DNA from: a candidate division FCPU426 bacterium
GTDB lineage: Bacteria > Oederibacteriota > Muellerivitia > Muellerivitales > Muellerivitaceae
DNA: 64,000 nucleotides
Assembly: GCA_963771075.1 (NCBI GenBank)
Contig: CAVYSE010000008.1
Location: forward strand, 34,317-98,316
Direction: 5' to 3'
This document shows, piece by piece, positions 27,585 to 37,625 of this stretch (positions are counted from its first letter, which is position 1; each line of letters starts with the position of its first letter). The notes beneath the pieces were generated by a model. The model was given only the letters and a program-made list of their open reading frames with translations, had not been told where the DNA came from and did no database searches. The position numbers and the translations under genes were made by a program.

Positions 27585-29081
27585 CTAAGACGTAGCCCCC
27601 AAAGCCGCTTTCTTATCGACGTCCTCAAGCTTGGAGGCTTCTTCCAATATGGTTTTGACCGTTTTATCGTCCAGGGTTGGCTTTAATTCCCACCAAGACG
27701 CGGCCCCCCGGTCGGAGGCCAGCTTGTTTAAATGCTTAACGAGAATAGAGGTGTAGGGGATCGGCCTCTCGCCTTTTTCGACCAGCTTGAGCTTGAAAAA
27801 AATGGCGTTACGGCCAACGGAGGGAAGCTTGGCCTGGTATTGGTTGGTGTCGGCGGTCTTTTCGGCGTCCTGAAGGGTCGCGTGGGTGGGCCACTCGGAA
27901 AGGCCCTGGCTACATGTGATGTTCCATGGCAGGGTGACCGGCTCGTTGTTCTTGAGGGGGTCCCGGATCGGGGACTGTTTGAGATCGTCCAGGACTCGAG
28001 GGCGTAATTCCGTTTCAATCGCCTTCCTGAAATCCTTGGCCTTCTGGATCGCCTGGCCCTCGGACCCCTCGAAGGCCCATATAAACTCGTCCGCCCCGGC
28101 CCCCCCGCGAAAGGCCCGGTCGGGGAAATGCTCCTTGAGCATGGTTCCAAAGGTCTTGATGACCCGGTCGCCCATGTCGTGGCCCAAGCAATCGTTGACG
28201 CTCTTGAAGTAGTCGATATCGAGCCTTGAAATGTAAAAATTCATCCCCTCTCGGCATTTAGCGTGGAAATTAGGCAGGTAAACCGATATGGCCGCCTTGG
28301 AGTAACAGCCGGTCATGGGGTCGGTATAAAGAACCTCCGTCTCCTTCTGTTTGGAGACGACACCCAAAACGTAGGTGTTGATCCGGTCCACGGCCCAATA
28401 GGGGATCAAACGAAGCAGCCACTTCTCCAAGAAGTTCATGGATTTGTCTTCTTTGATGACTATTTCGTTGACGTGCTTCCGGGCTTTTTTGAAAGTCCGG
28501 TTAATCTCCGTGTCTGACTCCCCTATCTTTTTCAATTCGTTAAGGTAGTGGTAGGCGTGGGGGTATTCACCGTTTTGAAGGTGGGCGTATCCGAGCGAGT
28601 AATACATCTGGGTCGTGTTGTGGTTGCGGTTTAAGAGGCTCAAATAGATTTTGATGGCTTCCTTGTACTGCTTCTTCTCGACCTTTATGTCCGCTTGGAG
28701 CTCCACGGCGTCCAGGTAGTCGTGCTTGATCTCAAGAATCCGGTTAAGGACGGCCAGGCAGTCCGGGTATCCCTTGTTCATGAATTTGGCCCGGGCGGTG
28801 CAATAAAGGAATTCCAGCTCGTCGTCCGAGTAGTCCTTGGGTTGTTTCTCGGCCAGCTTGTAAATATTCAAAACGTCCTCGGCTTCCTTCGCCTTGCCCG
28901 AGTCTAAAAAGATGTTCCCGGCCAGGATGTAAGCCTTGATGTTGGTCGGCTCGTACTTATTGATGATCTCCTCAAGAAGGTCGAGGGACTTGTCATATTT
29001 GCCGTCGTCGGCAAAGAGCTTGGCCTGGCTCAACTGAGTCCGGGCCCGCTCCGGGTTTAACTGAAAAATATCCTGGCTCAT
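27585..29081 (-). CDS. TPR-repeat + GGDEF-like (GADEF) protein
   Basis: TPR helices, then DPMTG, DIDYFKSVND.LGHDMGD, GADEF and AD...YQAK...GRN. Confidence 0.8.
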   Translation of the reverse strand: MSQDIFQLNPERARTQLSQAKLFADDGKYDKSLDLLEEIINKYEPTNIKAYILAGNIFLDSGKAKEAEDVLNIYKLAEKQPKDYSDDELEFLYCTARAKFMNKGYPDCLAVLNRILEIKHDYLDAVELQADIKVEKKQYKEAIKIYLSLLNRNHNTTQMYYSLGYAHLQNGEYPHAYHYLNELKKIGESDTEINRTFKKARKHVNEIVIKEDKSMNFLEKWLLRLIPYWAVDRINTYVLGVVSKQKETEVLYTDPMTGCYSKAAISVYLPNFHAKCREGMNFYISRLDIDYFKSVNDCLGHDMGDRVIKTFGTMLKEHFPDRAFRGGAGADEFIWAFEGSEGQAIQKAKDFRKAIETELRPRVLDDLKQSPIRDPLKNNEPVTLPWNITCSQGLSEWPTHATLQDAEKTADTNQYQAKLPSVGRNAIFFKLKLVEKGERPIPYTSILVKHLNKLASDRGAASWWELKPTLDDKTVKTILEEASKLEDVDKKAALGATS

Positions 29082-29650
29082 TATTTCTGGTCCGTGACCA
29101 GATAAAAGCCAACGACCTTAAATCCCTCGGGAAATTTCTGGATGATGAGACGGAAAGAAAAAGGGATACGGATGGATGAATTGGTCAGGTGAGACGTGTA
29201 CTCCATGTCCCCCGTGAACCAATCGGAAACCTGGTTGTTTTTGACCTTCGTTTCCGCCGAAACCACGTCCTCGGCGGTGCAGTAAAGCTGCTGGTCCGAA
29301 ATCTGCCTTTGAAGGTCGAGGGTGAAAAAGCTGTTCTGGAACTGGTACACCTGGTCCTGGGAAAAATACTTGCTGTTGTCGGCCAGGTAGGTCTGGATAT
29401 TGTGAAAGCCGATGTTGCAAATGCTGATGGCGACCTTCTTGGCGAAAGCTTCATATTGGGGGATTTCCTCGGCTGGGATCGAACCGTCCTGTTTTTGCGT
29501 AGCCTGGAACAGCGAGGAAAGGTTGAACGACCCCTTCACATGAACGAAGGTCAAAGCGCTAAAAACGGCTATCGCAAGAGCCCAAAGGGCAATCTTTGCC
29601 CAGCCCGGTAAAGACGTATCCGATTTTTCCACCCGTCCTAATTTGTGCAT
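29081..29650 (-). CDS. VirB8-like bitopic protein
   Basis: Single N-terminal TM plus an NTF2-like alpha/beta pattern, directly after virB4. Confidence 0.5.
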   Translation of the reverse strand: MHKLGRVEKSDTSLPGWAKIALWALAIAVFSALTFVHVKGSFNLSSLFQATQKQDGSIPAEEIPQYEAFAKKVAISICNIGFHNIQTYLADNSKYFSQDQVYQFQNSFFTLDLQRQISDQQLYCTAEDVVSAETKVKNNQVSDWFTGDMEYTSHLTNSSIRIPFSFRLIIQKFPEGFKVVGFYLVTDQK

Positions 29651-29654
29651 GGCT

Positions 29655-32219
29655 TTAGCTCCTTAAAAAATCCGGGTCGTTTCCGGTGAATTCGTCTTGA
29701 GTGAGTCGAAGGATGGCTTCCCAAGCCCCCTCCTGGTTTTCATCAGGGTTGTAATACTCCATGTATTTCGCCCTGCGGTTCTTGTCCACCGGGTAGCTGG
29801 TGGCGATCCACCTGATCACCGGGTCCGGGCAAACGTAAGCGAGGCCCTGCCGGGCCGAACTGTGGATGAAGCATTGGGAATAAACGTTCCTGACCTGGTG
29901 GAGGCCTCCGATAATGGCGGACTCCTTTTCCCCCAGCTCGAAGGCCCCCACGCACAAAGCCCGGTCGGCGTCCCCAAGCTTCATGAAAATCTTGGTGGCG
30001 GCGTTGTCCAAGGCGGTCTTAGCCTTCTCAGAAGCCATGCAATCGGCTATTTTTTGGGTTGCGAAAATGTTGACGAGGGAAAGATGGCGGGAAGTCCTCG
30101 AAAGAATATCCGCGAAATCCTGGCCAGCCGAAAAGGATAGTAAGTCCCAAAACTCATCTATCCCGATGATCGGGTATTCGCCTTCCTGCTGGGCCTTCCG
30201 GGCCTGGGCAAAGCAATAAGTCGAGACAATGTAGGTCACCATGGCCTTGACCTTCTCCCGCTTGGCCGCAAGGGACGTGTCGAAGACGATAAAGCGGGTT
30301 TTCCGGTCGATGTTGGTTTCCCGGTCGGTGATGTTGGCGAAAGTCCCGTCCTCCGTGTATTGGGTCAAAACTTCGGCATAGGTCGAGCAAAGCTCCGCGC
30401 CCTGGGCGGATCGGTCGGCATCCTTGGCCATTGCGATAAGTTGTTTCCTCAAGTCCCTTAGCAAGGGGGGTGGGAGTTCCACACCTTCCTTCTTCTCTCT
30501 GTCGAATTTAGCCTTGTATGTCTTCTTGATGGCCTCCAAAAGGACGGAGTTGGCCACGTTTGAAAGTGAAGATTCCCCCGTCTCGGTCAAAAGGGTCGTC
30601 AAGAAACCAAGGATGGTTTCCTCCTGGTCCTCGGAGACGATTCCCTTCTTCTGGTAGCTTTCCTCGGGGCAATCGAAGGCGTTGATGTGCTTCTCGCACT
30701 TCAAATCGAAATAGATGTATTCCCCACCCGCCACCAAACAGGATGTTTTGTAGGCCCCGGATCGGTCGATGAGCATGACCTTGGGATCGGACGGCATGAG
30801 CCGGTCGAGGATCGTCTGGATGATGAAACTCTTGCCCGTCCCGGGCTGGCCAAAAACGCCTATGTTGTAGTTTTCCGCCTGGGGATTCCAAAGGTTCAGG
30901 GAGAGAGGTTCATTCGAGGCCGTATGGCCAAGAATGACGCCCTTCTCGACCGTCAAGCTGTCGAAGAAAAAGGGCCAAAGATTGCAAAGGTCCACGGTCA
31001 TTTGGAGCCGTTCAACCCGGTCCCTGACCTGGTTGCTCATGAGGGGGAGGGTCGAATAGAAAAGTTCCTCCTGCTGGTAGTAACCGTCGTAACGGTGGAT
31101 GCCCTCGAACCGGGAAGTAAAATTCTCGTAGTTGTTCTTAAGCTCCTTCTCGGAGTTTCCGTATACGGAAATGAACAAGGAAACCTGGCCCAAGCCGGTT
31201 TCCTTTTGGGCGATAGCGGCCAGGACGGAGTCCCGCTTCCGCCAATTCGCGGCGGCGTCATAGTTGGGGGTCGTGCCGTCGTCCCCGGTGGCCTGGTCTA
31301 TCCTGAGCTGGGAACGAATGAGACTTTTCCCCAGCTCCTGGTCCATGCCACGGATGAAGAAAGTAACCTTGAAGTCCTCTTTCTGGTAAAGGAATTCCGA
31401 AAGGAAATGATCGGGCCTCCCCACTTCGGGGAAATTGGTAACACTCATGGTCCTAACGTATTTCTCCCCCACCTTCACGAAAGCCGGGTCGGAAAGAACC
31501 GGCTGGGCCGAAATGGCCTCGCGGAGGGTTTCCAGGCCCCCGGGCCCTGCAGAAACCGGCGCCGCTTTCCTAAAGCCCCGGGTTTCTCCCTTGAAATCCA
31601 TCAAATTGATCTCGGAGTAAAGAAGCCTGTAAATTTCGTCCTCTTTAAGCTCCGTGGCCACGACCCCGGTCACGCCTAAAATGTGGGTCCAGGTTTTCGC
31701 GCGTCTTTTGACTTCCTCCAGGTGGGCGGACCGGGTTTCGGAGTCTTCCACCTTGTTCTTTTTCTTTCCAAAAACGTTTGAGAGGAAACCCACGGCCATT
31801 TCCGACAAAGGCAATAGGTTGAAGTCTATCGAGAAAAGCAAAAAGACCTCGTAACCGCATAGCCGGTTGTTGAGGAGAAAATCCGAAATCCAACCCTCGT
31901 AATAGGGGGCGAAATGATGCTGGTATCCATCCGGGGCGCTTTCCTTGATGGTTTCCTTGAAGTGACTGATAAGCCCGGTGGGATCGGCGGGGACCCGCCT
32001 CAAGATGACCTGGATTTCCTCGTTGGGCCTTAATTGCCGGATGGCGTTCTCGAAGGAACCAAGCTTGACGTTGGTCGATCCCCGGTCCTCGATGAGGGGG
32101 TTGATTCCCCCCGTAATCCTGTAAACGGAAGAAAAGCGCCCTCTCCTGGATTCAATAAATCCATCCCCCACCCGGGCCAGGTCGATGGATTCCGCCGGGA
32201 CGTTAGTTGAATAAGGCAT
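29655..32219 (-). CDS. virB4: VirB4/TraC-family conjugative ATPase
   Basis: 854 aa; GQPGTGKS, LIDRSG.Y, HINAFD, IVFDTS, GIDEFW and SRH...ATQ. Confidence 0.88.
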   Translation of the reverse strand: MPYSTNVPAESIDLARVGDGFIESRRGRFSSVYRITGGINPLIEDRGSTNVKLGSFENAIRQLRPNEEIQVILRRVPADPTGLISHFKETIKESAPDGYQHHFAPYYEGWISDFLLNNRLCGYEVFLLFSIDFNLLPLSEMAVGFLSNVFGKKKNKVEDSETRSAHLEEVKRRAKTWTHILGVTGVVATELKEDEIYRLLYSEINLMDFKGETRGFRKAAPVSAGPGGLETLREAISAQPVLSDPAFVKVGEKYVRTMSVTNFPEVGRPDHFLSEFLYQKEDFKVTFFIRGMDQELGKSLIRSQLRIDQATGDDGTTPNYDAAANWRKRDSVLAAIAQKETGLGQVSLFISVYGNSEKELKNNYENFTSRFEGIHRYDGYYQQEELFYSTLPLMSNQVRDRVERLQMTVDLCNLWPFFFDSLTVEKGVILGHTASNEPLSLNLWNPQAENYNIGVFGQPGTGKSFIIQTILDRLMPSDPKVMLIDRSGAYKTSCLVAGGEYIYFDLKCEKHINAFDCPEESYQKKGIVSEDQEETILGFLTTLLTETGESSLSNVANSVLLEAIKKTYKAKFDREKKEGVELPPPLLRDLRKQLIAMAKDADRSAQGAELCSTYAEVLTQYTEDGTFANITDRETNIDRKTRFIVFDTSLAAKREKVKAMVTYIVSTYCFAQARKAQQEGEYPIIGIDEFWDLLSFSAGQDFADILSRTSRHLSLVNIFATQKIADCMASEKAKTALDNAATKIFMKLGDADRALCVGAFELGEKESAIIGGLHQVRNVYSQCFIHSSARQGLAYVCPDPVIRWIATSYPVDKNRRAKYMEYYNPDENQEGAWEAILRLTQDEFTGNDPDFLRS

Positions 32220-32504
32220 TTAGATTTCCGATCTTTCCCTGCCAGGAATCTTCACCCTGGGCGAAACATGAAATTTGAGCATCCCCCGGAAAAAGCCCCG
32301 GGGAAAAATGTTCTTCAAGAGGGCCGCGATAATGACTCCCAAAAAAATGCTGGCCGTCAAAACAAAGGAAGGGAGAAACGGGAATTTTTTCGTCATGAGG
32401 ATGAAAAGAAGCCCGTCCAAAAATAGGATCACGACGATGATTAAGGCGTCCGAGAAAGGAATAACGCCTAAGACCTTCGTTGGTTCGTTAAGAGGCCGTC
32501 CCAT
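32220..32504 (-). CDS. VirB3-like small membrane protein
   Basis: RPLNEPTKVLG plus two TMs immediately upstream of virB4. Confidence 0.6.
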   Translation of the reverse strand: MGRPLNEPTKVLGVIPFSDALIIVVILFLDGLLFILMTKKFPFLPSFVLTASIFLGVIIAALLKNIFPRGFFRGMLKFHVSPRVKIPGRERSEI

Positions 32505-32506
32505 GA

Positions 32507-34588
32507 TTAAGCTGTACCCCTGTTATCAAGAATGGATTTCCAGCGGTCCTGGGAATGGCCGGGCTTGGGCTTATCCAGCCATTCGTCCGGGCTCCCGGTT
32601 ATAGATCTCCTCCATTGGGCGTCCCGCTCGGCGTATTCCCGCTTGCTTCCAAGGGGGGTGGGGTTGAAGTTCGTTCCAAGCTTCTTGTTGATGTTCGCGT
32701 AGCCCTGGGCCGTGGGCCATCCGCCTTTGGTGAAATCAACCTTCGTCCCCCCGGCCTTGATGGAGCTGAAAGCCTTGCTGGTCCCGCCACGGGAACCCTG
32801 GCCGCCCCCGTCCGGGGTGACAAGCTTGTTCAAGTATTGGGAAATACCCGGGCGATCCTTGCCGGATTTCCCTGCCAAGGAATTAGAAACGGCGTTGAGG
32901 GCTTTTGTGCCGTGTTCACCAACCATGGAACCGGCTTTGTATCCCATGTTCCCAAAAGCCTTAGCGGCGGCCATGGATACTCCTGGTCCACCTAACATGC
33001 CTAATGCCCCAGCTCCTCCCCCCAAAATAGCCGCCCCAGCTCCCCCAGCTCCAAACTTGGCCACCTTCTGGCCAAACTCCCCGCTGACAGCCGATGCTCC
33101 CAGGGCCACCGTCCTTACGGTGGACATGGCGTCCTTCATAAAGCCGTGGGCGCTGCTCCCTGAACCCCAATTAAAGTTTGTGAAGATGTTCGCAAAGTCG
33201 GAGGCATTTTGAACAATCGAAAGCCCCGCAAGGATGGTGAAAGTCGTCATGATCGAACCGGCCCCTCCCCCGCCCTCGGGTCCCCAATTCATGAAAATAA
33301 CGAGATTGAAAACGAGGAGTGTCAAAGCCCACATAGGGGCATATAGGTGGAGTTTTATCCAAAGCTTCAAGGCGTTTACCGGGATATGTTCGGTTGCCGG
33401 ATGGCCGAAACAACCGATAATCGGAAAGCCTAAAAGGAATAAAACGAGAATTGAAATGACCTGGTAGCACTTGGCGATTAGAACGCCAATGACAATAAAG
33501 ATTCCCCATATCGCCACAAAGACCTTTATGAGACTCGCGCAAAGGTCCTGGAAGGTGTCCTGGTTGGGATCGTACTGGTCCTGGGGGCCAGGTCCGGGCA
33601 AAGTGGGAGCCGGGGCGGGATTAACATAAACGCTCGTGGTTTGGCTCTGCTCGGCGGGTAAGTTTGGAAAGGGGTTAGTATTTGGGTTCATGGGCAAGGC
33701 AGGGTTTTGGGGCCTTATAGGATTCGCATTAGGTTCAATGGAGGAACTGCCGACGTTGTTTGCTTGCCCTGTGTAAGAAAAATAGGTTATGAGTGAAGGG
33801 GTGAAGTAAATCATGAAAAGGGCGGCGACAGCCGTCAAAATAATCTGGTATCCCCCGCCTTTGCCGTCGTGAATCCTGGATAAGCCGATCTTGATCCCGA
33901 TTGCGGCCAAAAACGTCGAGAGAGCGAAAGCGAAAAGCTTTAAATAACTAAGCTCGTAACCCAGCCAGTATTTGTGCGCGGAACCTACGGCGGATCCCCC
34001 ACTCCCCGACGTGGGAGGATTGAAGTTGTTGAGGCCCTGCAAAATGTCCTTCGGCTGGTAGGGGTTAAGGTTGTAGATGTAATAAGCGAGGTTGGTGCAA
34101 ATCCTCGCCGCTTCGGAACATATATACGGCCAGGAGAAAATCAAAAAGACGGGTAATAGAAGTCGGCCTATGGTGTAGAAGGTGAAGGTTTGGCCGGAAA
34201 TTCCTAAAGCCAAACGCCCCATGTAAAAAATAAAAAGGACCGCTAAAAGGAAAAATCCCAGGAACTCCATAACCTGCATGGCGTTCTGAACCACCGGGGA
34301 AGCGTCTATCCCGATGACTCCGGTATAGGTGCTCCTATCCGTCACGTCCGGGATGTAAAGAAGCCTAGTTCCAAGCCACCCATAAATCATAAAGAGTCCC
34401 TGGACGCAAATATCCGCGATCCAGCGGGACCCTTTACAGAAGTAGTGCCAGGTGTGGGCAACGATGAAATTTTGAATTCCAGTCGTTACAGAGCCAGGAT
34501 CATCCCCGAGCAACCCGGCGTAAGCCGGTTGGATGAAGTACACAAAGATAAAAAGCCCTAAAGGAAATAGGGCCTTTCTTCTCTTCAT
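32507..34588 (-). CDS. VirB6/TrbL-like polytopic membrane protein
   Basis: Many TMs followed by a Gly/Ala-rich tail; start MKRRKALF overlaps the upstream stop. Confidence 0.65.
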   Translation of the reverse strand: MKRRKALFPLGLFIFVYFIQPAYAGLLGDDPGSVTTGIQNFIVAHTWHYFCKGSRWIADICVQGLFMIYGWLGTRLLYIPDVTDRSTYTGVIGIDASPVVQNAMQVMEFLGFFLLAVLFIFYMGRLALGISGQTFTFYTIGRLLLPVFLIFSWPYICSEAARICTNLAYYIYNLNPYQPKDILQGLNNFNPPTSGSGGSAVGSAHKYWLGYELSYLKLFAFALSTFLAAIGIKIGLSRIHDGKGGGYQIILTAVAALFMIYFTPSLITYFSYTGQANNVGSSSIEPNANPIRPQNPALPMNPNTNPFPNLPAEQSQTTSVYVNPAPAPTLPGPGPQDQYDPNQDTFQDLCASLIKVFVAIWGIFIVIGVLIAKCYQVISILVLFLLGFPIIGCFGHPATEHIPVNALKLWIKLHLYAPMWALTLLVFNLVIFMNWGPEGGGGAGSIMTTFTILAGLSIVQNASDFANIFTNFNWGSGSSAHGFMKDAMSTVRTVALGASAVSGEFGQKVAKFGAGGAGAAILGGGAGALGMLGGPGVSMAAAKAFGNMGYKAGSMVGEHGTKALNAVSNSLAGKSGKDRPGISQYLNKLVTPDGGGQGSRGGTSKAFSSIKAGGTKVDFTKGGWPTAQGYANINKKLGTNFNPTPLGSKREYAERDAQWRRSITGSPDEWLDKPKPGHSQDRWKSILDNRGTA

Positions 34589-34935
34589 TACCGGCCATCC
34601 CAAGCGTTCGACCCGGAAACAGCCCCGGTCGTGAAAAACTCGTTGTAAAGGTATTGGACAAACGAAGGGACCATGGGGACCAAAAGAATTGAAGCGGCGA
34701 TAAGTAAGCACTTCTCTTTTTCGCCCTGCATACCCTTGTGCATCATCCCTAAGTGGAAGATGAGGCTGTAAACAAGATAGGTTTCTATGATCCCGATGAA
34801 AATAAGCGAAAGGATGCCAAAGGCCGTATTGAGGGCGGGGAAACCCGGGACCCCCAAAGCGTAAGAATTCTGTGCCCATGAGAAAATCATCATGGCCATC
34901 CATCCACCCGCGATAAGGTTAGTTTGTTTGAGCAT
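34588..34935 (-). CDS. VirB2/TrbC pilin-like protein
   Basis: Signal peptide plus two hydrophobic helices, about 115 aa. Confidence 0.5.
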   Translation of the reverse strand: MLKQTNLIAGGWMAMMIFSWAQNSYALGVPGFPALNTAFGILSLIFIGIIETYLVYSLIFHLGMMHKGMQGEKEKCLLIAASILLVPMVPSFVQYLYNEFFTTGAVSGSNAWDGR

Positions 34936-34952
34936 CTTTAATCCTTTCAAAA

Positions 34953-35795
34953 TTAATTTCCTGCGGACGGCAAAGACCCTGAATTACTAACCGGCTTCGA
35001 AGAAGGCGCGGTAATTGACTGAATCTGCATTTGAGCCGGTTGCGCTGCGGCCGAGATACCCTGGACGGTGGCATTGGTCCCCACGCTAGCGGCGGGTTGT
35101 CCGCTGACAAGGCCGTTGGCCGACGAAGAAGTTATGTTCTTAGCCGTGATGTTGTTGATGCCTAAACCGCTTAAAAGCTGGTTAGCCAAAGCCGAATCCA
35201 AAATGCCCACTGTGGACATGGCTATGCCGGTCAAAACTGAACTTATCGCCTGAAGGAAAGCAGATTCTTGGGGGCCGGGCGTGTAACCCGGGCTGACATA
35301 GGGCTGGGGAGTGGATGCGATCTGTGACGCGATTTGAGTGGCCTGGTCCCGGTTCCCGCTGTCGATCGCGTCCGCTTCCTGGTTGAGCTGGGAGGCCATG
35401 GTTTGGAGTTGGGGATCGTTTGAGGCGTTGAGCTGGGTGGCCTGTTGTCTTAATTGCGTGGCGTCCTGGAAAGCCAAAGCGGTCCCGGCGCTCTGAGCGA
35501 GGGCCTGGGCCAGGGTCCCCACCTGTTGCATGATCTGTCCTTTGACGTAATTCCTCGAATCACCTGCCGGAAACTGGTTCACGTTGTAAGAGGATTTGGC
35601 AGGGGAAGCGGCTTGGTAGCTGGCCACAACGGCGGGTGAGTTGTAGCGGACATATCCGACCTGGGGATCGTTCTTGAACTGTGAGAATTTGTCTTGGAGG
35701 TAACGACCAAACTGGTCGTAACCGTTCTGGTCCGGGTCGTTTCCGAAACCAAAACAAGGCGCGACAATTAGGAAAAATAGAATGAACTGTTTCAT
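34953..35795 (-). CDS. Secreted Gln/Ala-rich helical protein (possibly VirB5-like)
   Basis: Signal peptide and Q/A-rich helices within the transfer operon. Confidence 0.45.
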   Translation of the reverse strand: MKQFILFFLIVAPCFGFGNDPDQNGYDQFGRYLQDKFSQFKNDPQVGYVRYNSPAVVASYQAASPAKSSYNVNQFPAGDSRNYVKGQIMQQVGTLAQALAQSAGTALAFQDATQLRQQATQLNASNDPQLQTMASQLNQEADAIDSGNRDQATQIASQIASTPQPYVSPGYTPGPQESAFLQAISSVLTGIAMSTVGILDSALANQLLSGLGINNITAKNITSSSANGLVSGQPAASVGTNATVQGISAAAQPAQMQIQSITAPSSKPVSNSGSLPSAGN

Positions 35796-35814
35796 AAAAC
35801 CTCCTCTTCCCCGC

Positions 35815-36345
35815 CTAGTGAAGTGCTAAGAGGCTGGGGTACTGAGTTTCGTCCTTAATGACCATGATCGTTAGGTCCAGGCCGGGTTTGAATTCCCCTG
35901 GAATGTCGAAAGTGAAGTTGTACACGTCGTTAATGCTTCCCGATGAAACCAATGTTTCCCCGTTCTTGAGGATCCACTTTTCAGCCGGGGCGGTAGTCTC
36001 CACCTTGCCGACATAGTGAGTGTGGTAATTGGTGACGGTGCATTTCATGTCCGACCAGGCGGACTTCCCGGAAAAAGATTGCGTGGTGGGTGGGGGTATA
36101 ACCGGGCCGGTGGCCGTGGCCGGCGCGGATACTGTCTTGGATTTAGCCCCTCTCCCGGTCCCCTGGGATCGGTAGGAAACCTTTTGCCCTGGGTAACGGC
36201 TCAATTTATAGGCCGTGCGGTCGTTATATCGCCTTAAAAGCTGTTGGAACATTTCGGCATGGCCACTCATGAAAGTGGCTATGTCGGATTGGTCTGCGAG
36301 GAGGAGAGAGGGAGATAGTAGGGCTAAAAGAATTAAAAGCTTCAA
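35815..36345 (-). CDS. Secreted hypothetical protein
   Basis: AGGAGGAG RBS, TTG start and signal peptide. Confidence 0.55.
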   Translation of the reverse strand: MKLLILLALLSPSLLLADQSDIATFMSGHAEMFQQLLRRYNDRTAYKLSRYPGQKVSYRSQGTGRGAKSKTVSAPATATGPVIPPPTTQSFSGKSAWSDMKCTVTNYHTHYVGKVETTAPAEKWILKNGETLVSSGSINDVYNFTFDIPGEFKPGLDLTIMVIKDETQYPSLLALH

Positions 36346-36353
36346 GGCTCCTC

Positions 36354-37607
36354 CTAGAAATCGACTCCGAAAGACAAGGCCCAAACCCAAGAACCATAAC
36401 CGGATGAATAAAGGGGAACGTCCAGGCCGGGGATCTGATTAGCCAAGCCAATTGGGGAAGTCAAAGGAAAGGATGAGTTGGCGCTATTCACCCTGGCAAA
36501 GGTGAAGTCTCCTGGCGTGTCGGTGATGCTGAAATTGATCTTTAACTCCTCAAGCCGGGCCTGAACCTGGGCGAAAATTGTTTTTTGAGCTTGGGTAGCA
36601 AGTGATTGGTCGAAGTTGTTCCCCCCAGCGAAAATGTTTTCTTCGGTGGACGTAAAAGGAAACTGCACTTCGATAGCGGCCAAGTCAAATGACAGGGGGC
36701 CGAAAGTATAAATACTCTTGGCCCTGATCCCCACGCTTAACGCGCTGGTGTCATTCCAGTAATTCGGGTTTTGAACGCCGTATTCACCATAAAGCATGAA
36801 ATCTTTCTCAATGGTGGCCTCAACCGCACCCGAAAGGGTCAGGTTCCCATTGAGGGAGGACATGGAGAAGTATTGGGTCGAGTCTGCTCCGGCGTTAACC
36901 CTAAAGACCAACGGAATACCAGAAATCTCTGTGCCAATCCTGAGCTGGGAAAGGAAGAAGGCTTGTGATGTGTCGTAACTGGCGTATTCAGCCGAAAGAA
37001 GGCTTGGGAAATAGAAAAAACTTAAAGCGGACGAGGAAGACTCAACCTTTGTTAAATCCTGAACGCCTAAGCTAAAAGTCAAAGGAAGGGACATTTCAAT
37101 ACCGTCCGCCCGGACAATCCCCATAGTGGCGTAATTCCCAAAAAATCGCATGGGGCTTAAAGAGCTACCAATGTCAAAGCGGCCAGCCGAAAAGGTAAGA
37201 AACAAGGCGGAATAGGACACCTTGGCCGTGAGAAGGTCTATGGTGTCAGCCGTGTCGTTCGATGAAAAAGACTTTCCTATCCTTACGTCACCTTCTGCGC
37301 TGGTGTTGTACTGGTCCAGGCGTTTACGGAAAAGAATATCCCCATAGGTGTTTAGGTTGGTCCCGTTGTTGTTGGAAAGCAAATAGGTGTCCACCTGGTA
37401 CTTCAAGAAACGGTTCTCCTCACTGATCGGCGGGGCGGGTATATACCTGGGAGCTGGTGTAGGCGTCTCCGTGGCCGTTATCGTGACCGACTCCGTGGCC
37501 GTGGGTGAAGGGGTGGGCTTAGATACCTTTGCCTCTTCACCGTATGAAAAGGAAGCCACAAAAAAACCAATAGCTAAAAACGATAAAACAATATTCCAAT
37601 TCTTCAT
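36354..37607 (-). CDS. Probable outer-membrane beta-barrel protein
   Basis: Signal peptide, alternating amphipathic strands and a terminal aromatic residue (SFGVDF). Confidence 0.55.
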   Translation of the reverse strand: MKNWNIVLSFLAIGFFVASFSYGEEAKVSKPTPSPTATESVTITATETPTPAPRYIPAPPISEENRFLKYQVDTYLLSNNNGTNLNTYGDILFRKRLDQYNTSAEGDVRIGKSFSSNDTADTIDLLTAKVSYSALFLTFSAGRFDIGSSLSPMRFFGNYATMGIVRADGIEMSLPLTFSLGVQDLTKVESSSSALSFFYFPSLLSAEYASYDTSQAFFLSQLRIGTEISGIPLVFRVNAGADSTQYFSMSSLNGNLTLSGAVEATIEKDFMLYGEYGVQNPNYWNDTSALSVGIRAKSIYTFGPLSFDLAAIEVQFPFTSTEENIFAGGNNFDQSLATQAQKTIFAQVQARLEELKINFSITDTPGDFTFARVNSANSSFPLTSPIGLANQIPGLDVPLYSSGYGSWVWALSFGVDF

Positions 37608-37625
37608 AAAGAAACCCTCCAAAAA

